Shown here: in pieces, positions 1 to 12,471 of the stretch | Position numbering within the stretch: the first letter of the stretch is position 1 | How the letters are laid out: every line of letters starts with the position of its first letter | Assembly (NCBI RefSeq): GCF_018977255.1 | Contig: NW_024704743.1 | Span: 73,906,001 to 73,970,000, forward strand | Reading direction: 5' to 3' | Source of the DNA: Callorhinchus milii | Lineage: Eukaryota | Length of the DNA: 64,000 nucleotides | Made by a program: the position numbers and the translations under genes | Notes under the pieces: generated by a model | What the model was told of the DNA's origin: nothing | What the model saw: only the letters and a program-made list of their open reading frames with translations | The model's database searches: none

Positions 1-369
1 AAAGTGAAGGCTCATCACCACCTTCTCAGAGCAATCCCTAACACAGCCTGAGAATGAATGATAAATAAAACTTTTGCAAATCCAGCTTCCGAATTGCACA
101 ATTCCAAGGCCATAATGGAGCGGGGTTGTGGGGGGTGGAGGGGGTAAAGAGAGAATTGTCAGCACTGACAATCTACTGTGTTACACAAATTAGATATTTA
201 AACCATAACTAACATATATGAGCTGTAGTAGTGCTGAAGCAAGAGGCATAGTTCTTGCTTTGAGGAGTCAATTTTGTAAAACCATTCCAGATTCTAATGT
301 TTTGATTGAATTTTATCTGCTATTTTAATTGAAAAAAGCAAGATCTGGAAACGTAACATGGAATATTAA

Positions 370-660
370 TAGTGATCTTTATATTTGAGATAGCACTTTA
401 TCACCTTGTTCCAAATTACTCAAAGTGCTTCACAGGATTTACTGTAGAGTGCAGTGACTGTATATTTTGTAGCTGGATGCAGCAACTAATTGCAGAGAGC
501 AATGTTTAATGGACAGCTATGAAGTAAATATGTCAGGAATTGTTGGCCAGCACGCTGAGATAAATGGACTATATGAAAGTCCTGATGAGGGGCTTGAATT
601 TCAAGTTACAACTTTATGGCTCAGAGCCGAGGGTCCTAGGACCTGAGCCAGGCTAACACT
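370..660 (-). mobile_element. Degraded Deu-domain SINE
   Basis: Reverse tail (atttgagatagcactttatcac...caaagtgcttcacaggatttactgt) and head remnant (ctgagccaggctaac). Confidence 0.6.
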
Positions 661-1537
661 TGATCACCGGGGGTGGAGAGGAGGGGGAAAGGAAACACCG
701 TCCTGAAGGCCGACAAAGGTTGGTGTTTTGCTTTCCAACCTTTTGTCGTATGTTTCCGCTCTATTCCCAGCCGAGAAATGGCAGAAAAGTAAAGTGCAGG
801 TTGTGATTATGCCTTCCACAGCAATAGAATACATTTATACAGCGCCATTCACTTCAGGAGGATGGCCCAAGGCACCCACACTGAGAAAAACATAGATGAT
901 ATGAGTTCAAATTCACGATTCCAGTTTGCAGTTATGCAGCGCTATGGTTTGTGAATGCCACGTTTTCAATTCAAGTGAGGTACACATCAAGATGAGATGA
1001 AATTTACGTGCTGTATCCTGAGCTGCCTTAACATGTGTGCTGCTGGTTAATCACAGAGCAGGATGGGTGGCAGATGTGGAACACTCCGCAGCATGGTGTA
1101 AACCACCCTCCTAGCTGAAGGAGTTTATTTGGAGTCGAGGGATTTTGCTGGACATGAATGTCGTTTTACTGCTTTATATTACGATAGCCAGATATAATAA
1201 TGTTTTAGATTAGATTTGTTCCCCTTATGGCACTCAGCCAGCCAGCACATATTGGAATCCTTTTCCTCACTCTTTGACAAAATAAGAATCAGTGAGCACA
1301 CTACAACACATGCAATGCTCAGCTTAATTGTTCCTTCACCTATCGGACCTGATTCTTGATGCCTAGTTGATGTTTTTTGCCTAAATACCTATTTTAAGCT
1401 TGTTTCTAAGGCCTGATTTACTATCCTAGGCAGATCCTTGGCTTACATGGAACTGTCGTGTAAATACGAAATCTTTAAATATGCATCAAAGCCAAAATCC
1501 AGAGTTTATCATCATAGCTGCTCTCCTGTCATTACAG

Positions 1538-1605
1538 GCTCATATTCTGCTGGACTGTGGAGACGACAACCTGTGCATTCCAATGCTTAAACTTTCAGCC
1601 AGCCC
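1538..1605 (+). CDS. ITGA8: Integrin alpha-8 internal exon (thigh end/genu): AHILLDCGDDNLCIPMLKLSASP
   Basis: ttacag|GCT...CC|gtaag; 68 bp, ends in phase 2; the DCGxDNxC genu motif of alpha integrins. Confidence 0.93.
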
Positions 1606-2004
1606 GTAAGTTGTAAATCACGTGTATTCAGTGCATTTTCCATAAAGATTGTGCCTTTCCTTTGTGCCTTCAAAACCCTCCTAAAAATGTATGTCTCTGA
1701 CTGTCCTTTGCTCAACATCCTCCATCTCTCACTCCTTTCCTCCATATTTATGAAACTCTTCAAAACGTTCATCCTCTGTGAATAGTGCTATATATGATCA
1801 CAGTGATCAATAGGAAGTCTTTACAGCCTGATAAATGGTATTTTATTGTGGCAGATTTGTAATGATTTTTATAGCCAGTAAGGGTGGATTTCATCACAAT
1901 CTATGGTGTTTATACATGCTAACATCCTGTCAGTTTGGCTAGAAGAAGATAAAGTAAAAATGCAGAAGCTTTAAAGTGACAACCAAACATTCTATGCTCC
2001 TCAG

Positions 2005-2152
2005 TGACCGACAGCAGCTGATAATTGGAGATGAGATCCCGCTAACTTTAATCATAAATGCAAAGAACGAAGGAGAGGGAGCATATGAAGCTGAACTCTA
2101 TGTCACAATACCTCCTGAATCAGATTACATCGGTGTCATTCGCAACAATGAG
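2005..2152 (+). CDS. ITGA8: ITGA8 exon (calf-1): [49 protein letters not shown]
   Basis: ctcag|T...GAG|gtaag; 148 bp; [11 protein letters not shown] motif; phase continues from the previous exon. Confidence 0.96.
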
Positions 2153-3754
2153 GTAAGAGAAGAGAAGGCACAAGGTCTAATTCATGTCGCATAATGTCTT
2201 GTTGCAAACTGTCAAGATGCAATGTACATAAATCAATTTAACATAATTTCACAGATGGCTCGAATTTGGTGGCTGTTAAAGGTCATATTTTCGGACATTT
2301 TTCCTTCACAATCTCTTATTGTTTCTGTTAGATGTGCAGCATAATATCGATCGGGAATGTGTAATATAATGTGTAATGAAATATGAAGAAGCAATTGAAA
2401 TTGAACAGTGGGTAGGCGTTTAATGGAATGTTGTCAATCCGAGATTTTATTCCAGGATTTGAATTGGGTTTAAAGGACAGTGTGTTAATTTAGCACCATA
2501 CTTCCTCCACTTTATCGATTCTTTATATTAAAAATAGTGAGTACTGATGAGGTCTTTAAGATCACTGGCTTTGAGGTTGGTTTCTTATCTATCACATTAC
2601 AGCTCTCTATCTCAATTAATATTTAATATCTCAATTAATTAATATCTCAATTTGGCTGCCGTGTTTCGCCCACAAATATACAGTCATTTCATTTTAAACC
2701 ATATTCTGTGAAACGCTTTGAGACGTCTAGAAGATGTGAAAGCTATATCAAATGCAAGGATTATTATTATTATTAATAGAGAGCTGAATTAATAGCAGAA
2801 GAGATACAATCATTAACACAGGGTACCAGAATAAAATTGGTCATTCATTTCATGGCTGTTTGTGGGACATTGCTAAGTATAAGTGTCCACCTACAAATAC
2901 ATGGTCTCTCCACAGTAAATCGTGTGAAGCGCTTTGCGACATCCTTCTGATGTGAATGGTGCTCTAACAAATGTAAGGATTTTTATTATAGCATTATGAG
3001 CAACTACAATTTACACGTATATAGCCCTAGCAGGTGGATTTCCGCATTAACTGTATATATTGCTGCAGCTTCTTCACCCTCGGGTTCGGAAGCACTTGCT
3101 CAATGATGTTATCTGTTAATGTGAAAATATTCCTGAAACGCAGTGTGTGAACAGAGAAAAACAGTTCTTAGAGTGAATCATAATCCTTTGCAACTTTTTT
3201 TTGTTAAACCTTGACATGAGGTGAAATTCTCTCTTCAACTAATTATTCTGTTACTTACATATGTTTCTTATGACTGCCTCAAATTTATCTGTAATTTAAT
3301 TTAACAGCAGAACATTTATTTGTTAAAAAATTGTTTTCACTGTTCTGCTTGGATTTAATTTGTGTATATGCATACATACAAATGTCTGCCAATGTGTTGT
3401 GAAGAATTCTCAATAGTAAAATTGGATGAGGAGGAAATAGACCACTTATCTATCACGCAGCTTTTACTGAAGGCTTCTGGTCCTTTATAGCCTCAGGAGA
3501 GTACTAAAGAGAAATAGCACCATATTGTTTTTAGAAATCTCAATTTGTTACTTGCAGCAGAATCCTCTGTCAAATGTTGTGACCTACAAACAGTATCACA
3601 GTGTGATGGGGGGATGGGTTAAAAACAGCTATATTATTACATTCACTCCTCTTTCCATCCCTTCCTCTCACCATTTCAGTCTAGTTCAGAAAAAATCAAA
3701 TATCTGCTTCCTTCTCTTGCTTATCACTAATGTGGATGACACTGACATGATCAG

Positions 3755-4040
3755 CAATTATTGCCCATCCCTGGCTGCCTGAGAAGGTGCTGGTGTTCGT
3801 TCTTCATATACCGCTGCAGTCCTTGAACATTTTTGCATCGTTTTATTTTGCTAGGCATTCAGAGGGTGTTAATGGTCAACAAGTTGTGTGGGACTGGAGT
3901 CACATGCAGGCAGGGTAAGGTTGGCACATTTCCTTCCCTCAAGCACATTAGTGAATAATAATCTGGCATCTTTGTGGCTACTTTTCTGGTACTAGCTCAA
4001 ATTACCACACTTTTTAAATTCAGATTACTCATCCACAGTG
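3755..4040. repeat. Old interspersed repeat, probably retroposon-derived
   Basis: attgcccatccct...gagaaggtg...ccgctgcagtcc and ctggagtcacatg...ggtaagg...atttccttccct motifs, recalled from shark repeats; family not assigned. Confidence 0.4.
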
Positions 4041-5085
4041 GGACTAAAACCACTAAACCATGTAATAATAATCCTTACATTTGATATAGTACCTTTCACT
4101 GCAGTAAGATGTCTCAAAACCTTTAAGAAGATACACTGTAAAGTTTGTGGACAAATTTTGGGTTACCGGTCCAATGATATTGCCATTATATTACCATCCT
4201 CTTTATCCAGTTGAATGGGATACACACTGTAATGTTTTATAGCTGAATTTGCTTTATAAAGAAATGTATTATAATGGGGCTGCACTGTCATCCCTTAATT
4301 TTTCCATTTATTGAGGTTATGCCAAGGGTTTATGTTTACTGGGGATGGCTTTGTCACCATTCTTGAATATAAAAAGCACATTTCTCTGTTCTAGTCTGGT
4401 GAAACCTTCCAGTGTTCATTAATTCTCCCAGAATGACCATCAGCACTTCACAAATTTCCTCCTTTGTCTCGCTGAGTATCCTGCTCTTTAGCTCATCCGT
4501 CCTGAGGAATGCATTGATTCTCAGGCCTTTGAGATTATTAGAAGCCTCTGGCTCACGAGTGTCCAATGTCACCTGATATGTATTAGATGCTGGACAGCAT
4601 AAGTGTTAGTGTTCTCCTTGTTACAAACTGCCGAGTAGCCATAAAATGTGTTTATGATCACCTGTTCATCTTCTTTATCAACTCCATTTGAATTGTGTAC
4701 AGTTGACTCCTTGCTATTATAACATTGGAAGATTTTTTGGTGTTATTGTTTGCTTTGCTGTTTTGATGCTTTCATGTTCTCTTTTAGCTTCTCTAAACCT
4801 TTTTTTTGAGTGCAACTGCTTCTATGTGTCACAAATAAGCTACCATGTTCACTTACAAAACACACAGTAACTCCACTTTACAGTGAATCCTGTGAAGTGT
4901 TTTGAGACATCCTCCTGACATGAAAGGGACTACATCAAATGTTGTTATTATTATTATAACTTTGTACACAGCACAACGGTCATCATGTCCATTCACCCTA
5001 TAAATTTTGTAATTCCATTGTTGCTTATTCTTTATTTACCTGGGATGTGTTTTACAAACAGATCTCTTTCTTAGTGTGCAAAGTA

Positions 5086-5395
5086 GTGGAGTCTTGTAGC
5101 GTAGTGGTTAGAGCACTCTCTTCACAAGCAAGGACCTGGGTTCGATTCCCGGCAGGGCAAGAGGATAGGCAAGTTTCTTTATGCTACACACCTCTGTTTA
5201 CCTAGCAGTAATTGTGAACCCGGTTGTTAGTCGATCAGTGGATTGCTTTTCTGTGAGAAACTGCTGTGCGCAATTAGCTGCTGTGTTTCGCACACAAAAT
5301 ATACAGTCAATTCACTTTACAATATATTCTGTGATGCACTTTGAGATAGCTTCAAGATGGGATATGACGCTATATCAAATATAAGGATTATTATA
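5086..5395 (+). mobile_element. tRNA-derived SINE, family A (near full length)
   Basis: A box TAGCGTAGTGG, B box GGTTCGATTCC, body and (TTA)n tail shared with copies at 6244, 12613, 31660 and 61168. Confidence 0.9.
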
Positions 5396-5439
5396 AAAGG
5401 GTCATGTGGTTTATATAACTCTGTTCTGTTTTTCTATAG

Positions 5440-5532
5440 GCATTAAGCAAGCTAAGCTGTGCATACAAGGTGGACAATTCAACTCAAATGGTTGTCTGCG
5501 ACCTTGGGAACCCCATGGTCGCTGGAACCAAT
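5440..5532 (+). CDS. ITGA8: ITGA8 exon: [31 protein letters not shown]
   Basis: ctatag|GCA...AAT|gtaagt; 93 bp; VVCDLGNPM motif. Confidence 0.96.
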
Positions 5533-5594
5533 GTAAGTAAAAATAAGATGATTTTGCTGCTACTGAAGAAGGTTGTGAGTTAGTTCAAACCATA

Positions 5595-5950
5595 TCAGGG
5601 CTTTGAGCTCATTGCCTCGGCTTCCATTTCAGGGCAGTCCTGGGGGAGCATTGCATTCTCAGAAATGACGTCCTTTAGATGAGATGATAAACTTATCCGT
5701 CTGTTCAGTTGAATGTTAAAGATCCCATGACACCACTCAAAAACAGAATGATGTTTCTCCCAATGCCCGGGGCAACAATTCCCCCAGATAAATTGGTCAT
5801 TCACTTCATGGCTATTTACAGGATATTGCTGTGTGCAAATTGGCTGTCACGTTCACCTACAAATACAGTCACTTCACTTTACAGTAATTTCCTGTAAAGC
5901 ACTTTGAGATGTTTCAACGTTATAGACAACATGTCAAATGCAAGGATCAA
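5595..5950 (+). mobile_element. Deu-domain SINE, family B (5' eroded)
   Basis: gagcattgcatt...cctttagatgagat...aaagatcccatgacac...attggctg central domain plus the shared tail. Confidence 0.8.
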
Positions 5951-6243
5951 TGCATATGTATACATGTGGAAGAAGGGAAAAGAGGGGTATGGGAGAAGGG
6001 AATAGGAAAGATGGAGGCTCAGGTGGAGAATAAACACTGGCATGGACTAGTTGGGCCGAATTGCCTGTTTCTGCTGTATTGCTCCATGAGATTCTGGGTA
6101 ATATCATCTCTGAATCAGAGATAGAAAGTCCAGATGGTAACTAAAAATGCATCACAGACCTGAAATAACTGCAATCCATTGTGATCTACGTGCAGTTCCC
6201 ACAAGCAACATGACACATTTCTGGTTACTACGAGTTGCTACTT

Positions 6244-6640
6244 GTGAAGTACTATAGAGTATTGGTTAGAGCACTTGCCTTGCAAGCCAGAAGACCTGTG
6301 TTTGATTCCTGGGTAGGCTGAAATGTTGAGCAAGTTTCCTTATTCCGCACCCCTCAATTTAAGTAGGAATAGGAACCTGATTGTTAGTCGATTGGAGGAT
6401 CGCTTTTCTGCCAATCAACAGAACAAGGTAATAATCCCTTCAAATAATTTTTTTAAATTAATAATTTAGTCACTCAATCCACAACTGTTTTGCGGGACAC
6501 TGCACAATTGTCTGCTGCATTTCGCCCACAATATATATATATACAGTCAATTCATTTTATAGTATATTGTGTGAAGCACTTTGAGACATCTTGAGGGCAT
6601 GATAAGGCATTATATCAAGTGCAAGGATTATTATTATTAT
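6244..6640 (+). mobile_element. tRNA-derived SINE, family A
   Basis: Degenerate A/B boxes; tail ...atatcaagtgcaaggattattattattat. Confidence 0.85.
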
Positions 6641-7854
6641 GGTGGCTCAGGTATGCATCGCCCTGATTTAGATCCATTTTGTCGAAGCATTTTGTTTTGT
6701 TTCATAACACAGTGAAGACATTATTACACTATTAGCATATTGTAGAATTGGCAAAAACATCCCTTAAGTCGGGTTCTGAGGGTTATTAAAAAAAATTAAA
6801 AAAAATACTGCAATTTGGATTGTATAATTAAATGCAGAAGTGGATTTCCACTAAGTCTTAAAACTTTTGGCCTAAATACTTTCCTGCCTGACTCGCTTAA
6901 AGGAGCATGTTTCTGTGGATTTACAAAGAATGTGCAGCACGGAAACAGACCAATCACTCCAACCAGTCTGTGCCAGTATATACAATGCAGTCCGTACCAG
7001 TGTTTATACTCTACGTGAGTCTCCATCCATTTCTTACTCCCTTCAGAGCTTTCTATTTCCCTTTCCTTCATGTGAAGATCTAACTTCCTCTTGAATGCAT
7101 CTCACTATCTGATTCTACCATGCTACAACAACAACAAGATTGCATTTATAGAGCGCCTTTCACGTCGGGAGGACGTCCCAAGGCGCTGAACAGTTAGGTC
7201 GGGACCCGAGCAGGGGGGAAATGGTCAGGGTGAGGGGAGGGAAAGGAGGGAGTGAGGAGGGGGTAGAGAGTCGAGAGTCGAGACACCCAGCTGACCAAGA
7301 AAAATCCCTTTGAAACATTTTCTATTTGAAAAATGCGACACTGTTTAATTAGGCTTGCCAGTTTCTGATTTTAATTAGTAGAAATCGGTATTTGTTGCTT
7401 TTTCCTATTTTCTCCAAATCAAGGAAATTGAATTACCCTTATAAAACATCAGCTTTTAAACTATATATTTTTATCATGTTTTAAACCACAATACCTTCCT
7501 GTGTGTGTGGGGTGGGGAGGGGCTGGCGGTGGAGACTTAAGTGAGGTTTCTTTAGAGTTGAACTGGCATACTTTGCATTGGAATGTCAGAATCGAGCCAA
7601 CCCTCTGTGGCAGTCTCAGTAGTTCAGTTGCCGAGCCAGGTAGATCCAGGACTCTACAGATGACGGCCCAGCCAGTCTGGCTCATCGACAAGACTTGGAG
7701 GGGAACACCAGTCACTGGGAGCAAGAATTTTTCTCCTTCAGTTCCTGTTAACTGCAGAAATCAAAGCCCTAACAGATAGTGTGGTCCGAGTTGGACAAGC
7801 AGCAGGAAGATTTCGAAACAGCTTTTTCAAAGACAAGCTATGTGCTTTTTGCTG

Positions 7855-8095
7855 GTTAAACGCCAACAATGGACACTCTGGGGTCCCTAAGCCTAGCTCT
7901 TGCCAATCTGTGCCTCATACTCTCCAGAATTAGGTAAGCAAGATGCATCCCTCCGGGGAGAGAGTGCGCATTCCATTCCAATAGACGGGAATATCCAAAT
8001 GTAGGTGAGATGCATGGAACTCTCAGCTTGATTTGAATACTCTTAAGTACAGTGATGGGTTTCTGCATATATTGGACACCCGCTGACCGAAAGAA
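7855..8095 (-). repeat. Unclassified dispersed repeat, family X
   Basis: Reverse complement aligns with 63355-63560, 20360-20790 and 42750-42890 (ctctccctggagg...gcttacctaattc core). Confidence 0.7.
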
Positions 8096-9724
8096 CTTCC
8101 AAAATTATCGGCTTCCAGATTGTAATGTCGCCGCAGACATAATTTCCTGCAAACTGCGCCTGCGCAGGAAATGACATTGGAGGGGTGTCTGCATACACGT
8201 GCACTGTGCAAGAAGTGACATTTTATGGTGACCTTACAACCCAAAGTCGATCATTGTTGTATTGGCAAAGTTCGCTAAAATTGAAAAAATCCCAAAACAG
8301 TCGAGGTAAAATAAATGTCAATATTATTCTCCTAATTTAAAAAGTATCAAAAGTAGGCAAGTCTGTATATACGTGTAAATCACTGTTGATTGTTTCACAC
8401 TACAAAGCCATCTCTTTAACTATGTAAAATCAAAATGTAATCAACAATATTGGCTCTGCATCTGAATGTTTCCAGCTTTGCAAATTTTGGATATAAATTT
8501 CTGTGCATCAATATTATAATTATAATCCTTGCATTTGGCATTGTGCCTTATCACGTTGTTGAAACATCTCAAAGTACTTCACAGGATTTACTGTAAAGTG
8601 TAATGATTGTGTATTTGTAGGTGCTAAAACACATGTTCTTACTGAAACGCTTGTCAACATTCAGCATTAAGCTGCTTGTAAAGTTCTCAGCTTCTGGATG
8701 ACATGCTTTGTGTTGTTTTTAAGCTAACGGCTCTGGTTTGAAATAATTGATGCTCTTGTTTGAATTCTGTGGAGGTCTAATATTGTACCACTTGGCTGGT
8801 GCTAAACCAGATCAAAGGCTGCATCTTAGATTAGTCAATGTTTAATTTAGTTGGTTGTTTTGATCGGGTGTGAACAAGTTTGTCATTAAAGCTGGAATTA
8901 TTTTATTGAAGCCTGGGCCTGATATAGAATTGTTTAACCAATTAGCAACAATGTATGTTATAGGCTGCTAACATTTTGAAAATGTTTACAGCATTGTGTT
9001 AAAATCAGAGTCTATATTTGCAATAATAGGCAAATTTGGATAATTTATTTACATGCTGGGCAAAGCTACCCTACATAGGATAGAAACAGGAGTAGGCTAT
9101 TCAGCCCCTCGAGCCGTTCCGCCATTTTATAAGATCATGACTGATCTGTAACTCAAGTCCAGTTCCCCATCTTGTCTCGTAAGGATATAATTATGTGTCC
9201 TTAATTATGTGTCTTGTGTGTCTCACATTCATGATGTAAACTGGATACAATGTATTGCCTACCATAGTAGAGAAGCTGTTTTTGAGAGAGAGACAAACTG
9301 TGATGCAGGTAGAAGAACCATTATTCATTTACAAAAGATAGATTGAATGAAGTCTATATGGCTTCTTGATAGTAGTCAGTGTTGAGTATTGATTATATTA
9401 ATTACAATGTGAATGTGTGCCTGATATGGGGAGCACTAGTCAATGATCTTTGTAATGGACTATTCACTATTATTCAAAAATACCATAGATCTAAACTATC
9501 CACATGCACCACAATTGCACTCTGATGTATCCACTATTATTATAAAAATGGCAGATATGTCAGAGTGATTTCAAAGCCATGATGTTGTTTCTCAATATAG
9601 AAACAGGACCAGAATAAAACACAGTTGTCCATTTGAGTAAGAACAAAATCATAGCGCATCTCAGATTCACCCCTTAAACTGTTAAAATCATATCACTGCA
9701 GTCACTTCCAGGTGGCAGTAAATA

Positions 9725-9851
9725 TGGGCTGAAATTCCAGTTGCTGTCACTCCAGAACCTTCGATAATGTCAGTCACTAATGGGATTTCTCCATTACAGT
9801 CACATGTCGTCAGAGGTGCCTCGCTTCTAGTGTGACTGGAATTTCAGCCCA
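9725..9851. mobile_element. Small MITE with perfect 17-bp TIRs
   Basis: TGGGCTGAAATTCCAGT (9725-9741) and ACTGGAATTTCAGCCCA (9835-9851). Confidence 0.7.
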
Positions 9852-10517
9852 CGAATGAACATGTGGCACTGATACAGGTGCTGTGCTTCTGTGTGATACG
9901 CATGGGATACATTTGGCACTGTTAGCCTGTATGGACTGCAGACTATCGTCTATATATTAAAAAGAGGTTTACCTCTCGGTAATCCAAAAGGAGCACTCTG
10001 TCTGTTACCTATTACCCAGTGGTTTTGTACATAGCTCTGTAGGCTGTTTAGTATTAAAATGTCACACTTAAATTCCTCCCAGAGTTGATCTAAGTAGTTG
10101 AGCAGCATAATGGTTTTGTACGCAAACGCGCACACAAAAAAGCATGCATGTAAGTATTAAAGAAGCACAGGGAGCCTTAAACCATTTTGCTTCACAGTGA
10201 TTTTTGTGAGACAAAATTCACCCCTGCCCTCCTTCTCCCACTCCTCCTCTCCCCCCCCACCAACCCCACTTTCCCTTCAGTGGTCAGTAATTGTCAAACT
10301 GTGAAACGTTAAAGGCCTCAGGAAAAAGAAAACTATCATTGGGGATGATATTAAGTGAACTGATGAGTCACATAATCAGCGTGAACTAACAGATTTAACG
10401 CTTACTGAGGTGGAGGCTTTTGTGTGGCAGCCTGTAGCTATGTTCCACAGCAGGAGCTCAGGGTTTTAACTTCCCCAGCTGTTGCTGGCTAATCCTTTGA
10501 TCTATCCTTTTTCCCAG

Positions 10518-10597
10518 CTGTCTGTAGGGCTACGCTTTTCCGTTCAACGCTTGGAAAAGGCAGATGCCAGCATCAGGTTCGACCTGCAGATCAAAAG
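10518..10597 (+). CDS. ITGA8: ITGA8 exon: LSVGLRFSVQRLEKADASIRFDLQIK(S)
   Basis: tttttcccag|CTG...AG|gtgagt; 80 bp; GLRF...FDLQI motif. Confidence 0.95.
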
Positions 10598-11220
10598 GTG
10601 AGTCAGGCGATATCCATCTGTTTTTTTTAAAAAAGCAGGACAATTAGAAATGGCTTCTTTTTCTTTACTGGCAATCAAAAACTCCAGCTAATTCCAGATT
10701 AAATCTATCAGTACAGTTCAATTTAATTTAAAGGAATGTCCTTCTAGAGGGAGGTATGGCACCACACATGGAGTCAGCATGTTTCCAAGTAAAAGGTAAC
10801 TTTTTGTTTACATTGTTCTGGTTCGCATAGATTAATATTCATTGACGTGTAGGACATAGTCTTGATGTTTTCTCTGCCTCTTTATTATAACAACAGATTT
10901 CACTTACCCAGTGCCTCCACAAAGGATGAATATCATAGAGGCTGTGGGAACGTTGGAGGTAGAGAGGACATGACGAGGAGTTTAAGGGTTCTGGCCAAAG
11001 GCCTGGTCAAAAAANTTAAGGGTTTTGCAGTCAAGGAGAGAAGATGCAACACAGAGATTTGGGGAGATAGTTCAAATTGACTATGAGAAGCCTGACAGAG
11101 GAACCATAATAATAATAATCCTTATATTTGGTATAGCTCCTTTCACATTGAGAGGACGTTCCAAAGCACGTCAAGGATTTACTGTGAAATGAAATTACTG
11201 TGTATTTGTGGACGAATTTA

Positions 11221-11632
11221 CCTGACTACTACACCTTAGAGGCTGTACCTCTTCTCAAGCATGCGGAACTGTATCAGCTTGTATACTTAAAGGCAGGATA
11301 AGAGTGCGGTAAGGGTCAGTCCTAAGACGGTTATTAAAGGAAAACTTTTAAACCACAGTTTCTATCCAATTCTTTATTTTTTGTTAGCAATACGTAAGGA
11401 GAAGGGGACTGCAATTTTGACCCCTACTTTTAACTTTTGCTCCTGAGAGACAGTTTACTGCCAGTTAGGGCATTTATTCCACACTAGTGAGAAGGTTCAG
11501 TCAAATAGTGGTGGATCATTCTCACACGATTGTCAAAGTCATCTCCTTTTTGAAACTTATTGAAGTATACAGCTGATACAGTTCTACATGCTTGAGAAGA
11601 GGTACAGCCTCTAACGTGTGGTAGTCAAAGGG
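11221..11632. mobile_element. MITE with ~66-bp TIRs, piggyBac-like ends
   Basis: 11223-11288 is a near-perfect reverse complement of 11563-11627; right end AAGGG|ATAA, left end TTTA|CC. Confidence 0.75.
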
Positions 11633-12471
11633 ATAAAGTAGCAGCACAGTGATGAAAAGGTCAGCCCTATCATAAATCTATCATTGACCATCATAAACTT
11701 AAGTCAACAGGAGTCAAAGAGAGAGAGATGGATAAGATTATGTAACATTAGATACAAAGTCACCCCTTTAATATTGAATTGACTTTGAGGTGAGTGCATA
11801 GTTCATAGAGTGCAAACTAATTGTGTTAAAAGTATCATTTGACTTCAAAGTGTAAAAAAATGTATGATTGGGGTCGAGGGGGTTGTAGTTGTACTGAAAA
11901 TACTTCAAGGTAGCCACAAAGATTGTTACCAGAATGGTTTAAGGATTGCCTTTATGGAGTCATACCAGTTGTGGAACCCTTGCCTTGGTAACAGGTATTA
12001 ATAATAATCCTTGCATTTGATATAGCGTCTTATCACACCTTCTAGATGTCTCAAATCACTTCACAGAATATACTGTAACGTGAATTGACTACGTGTTTTG
12101 GTTGAAACCTTCTCTGGAGAACCTTCCCTGCTTATAAGACTGTGGATATGCCAAAAGTGTTTAAATGACACATACCAGATTTATTTTAGCTTAAATATGC
12201 ACATGTGCTCTGGATACAACTGAGCTTCACCACAATGGAAGATTTTTTCTCAGATTCTGAAAGTCTATTTGTGAATCTTGATGGCTGAATTGAAGTGAAT
12301 TATTGTTCAGTCTGGGTTTGTCAATAAATGAACTGCTACAATAATATAGGCGTACAGGTGGAGAAACTGACTGTTAACCTAGCTTTCTTACCTTTACCAG
12401 CAAATGCTACTGAGTGAATTTCAGCATTAAATGTAACACTAAAAAAGTTTACAAAAAAAGATTTAGTAAGG

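Noticed and set aside
2544..2565. CTGATGA-GGTC-TTTAA-GATC, resembling a hammerhead 5' core plus stem II
   Set aside because: No GAAA follows the stem and there is no stem I/III context.
2608..2652. Short tandem (atatctcaatta-type) repeats
   Set aside because: Simple AT-rich slippage at a SINE junction; no spacer structure, so not CRISPR-like.
7500..7850. Overlapping 92-aa and 87-aa ORFs; LHWNVR resembles an endonuclease N-terminus
   Set aside because: No further conserved motifs or splice context; may be an old repeat, but I could not assign it.
10344..10408. Possible C/D-box snoRNA (GATGATAT...CTGATGA...CTGA) upstream of an exon
   Set aside because: Imperfect C box, no terminal stem and no recognisable antisense guide; the TGAGTCA inside could equally be chance or an AP-1 site.
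11015..11015. Single N base
   Set aside because: Assembly ambiguity within an old repeat; no biological meaning.
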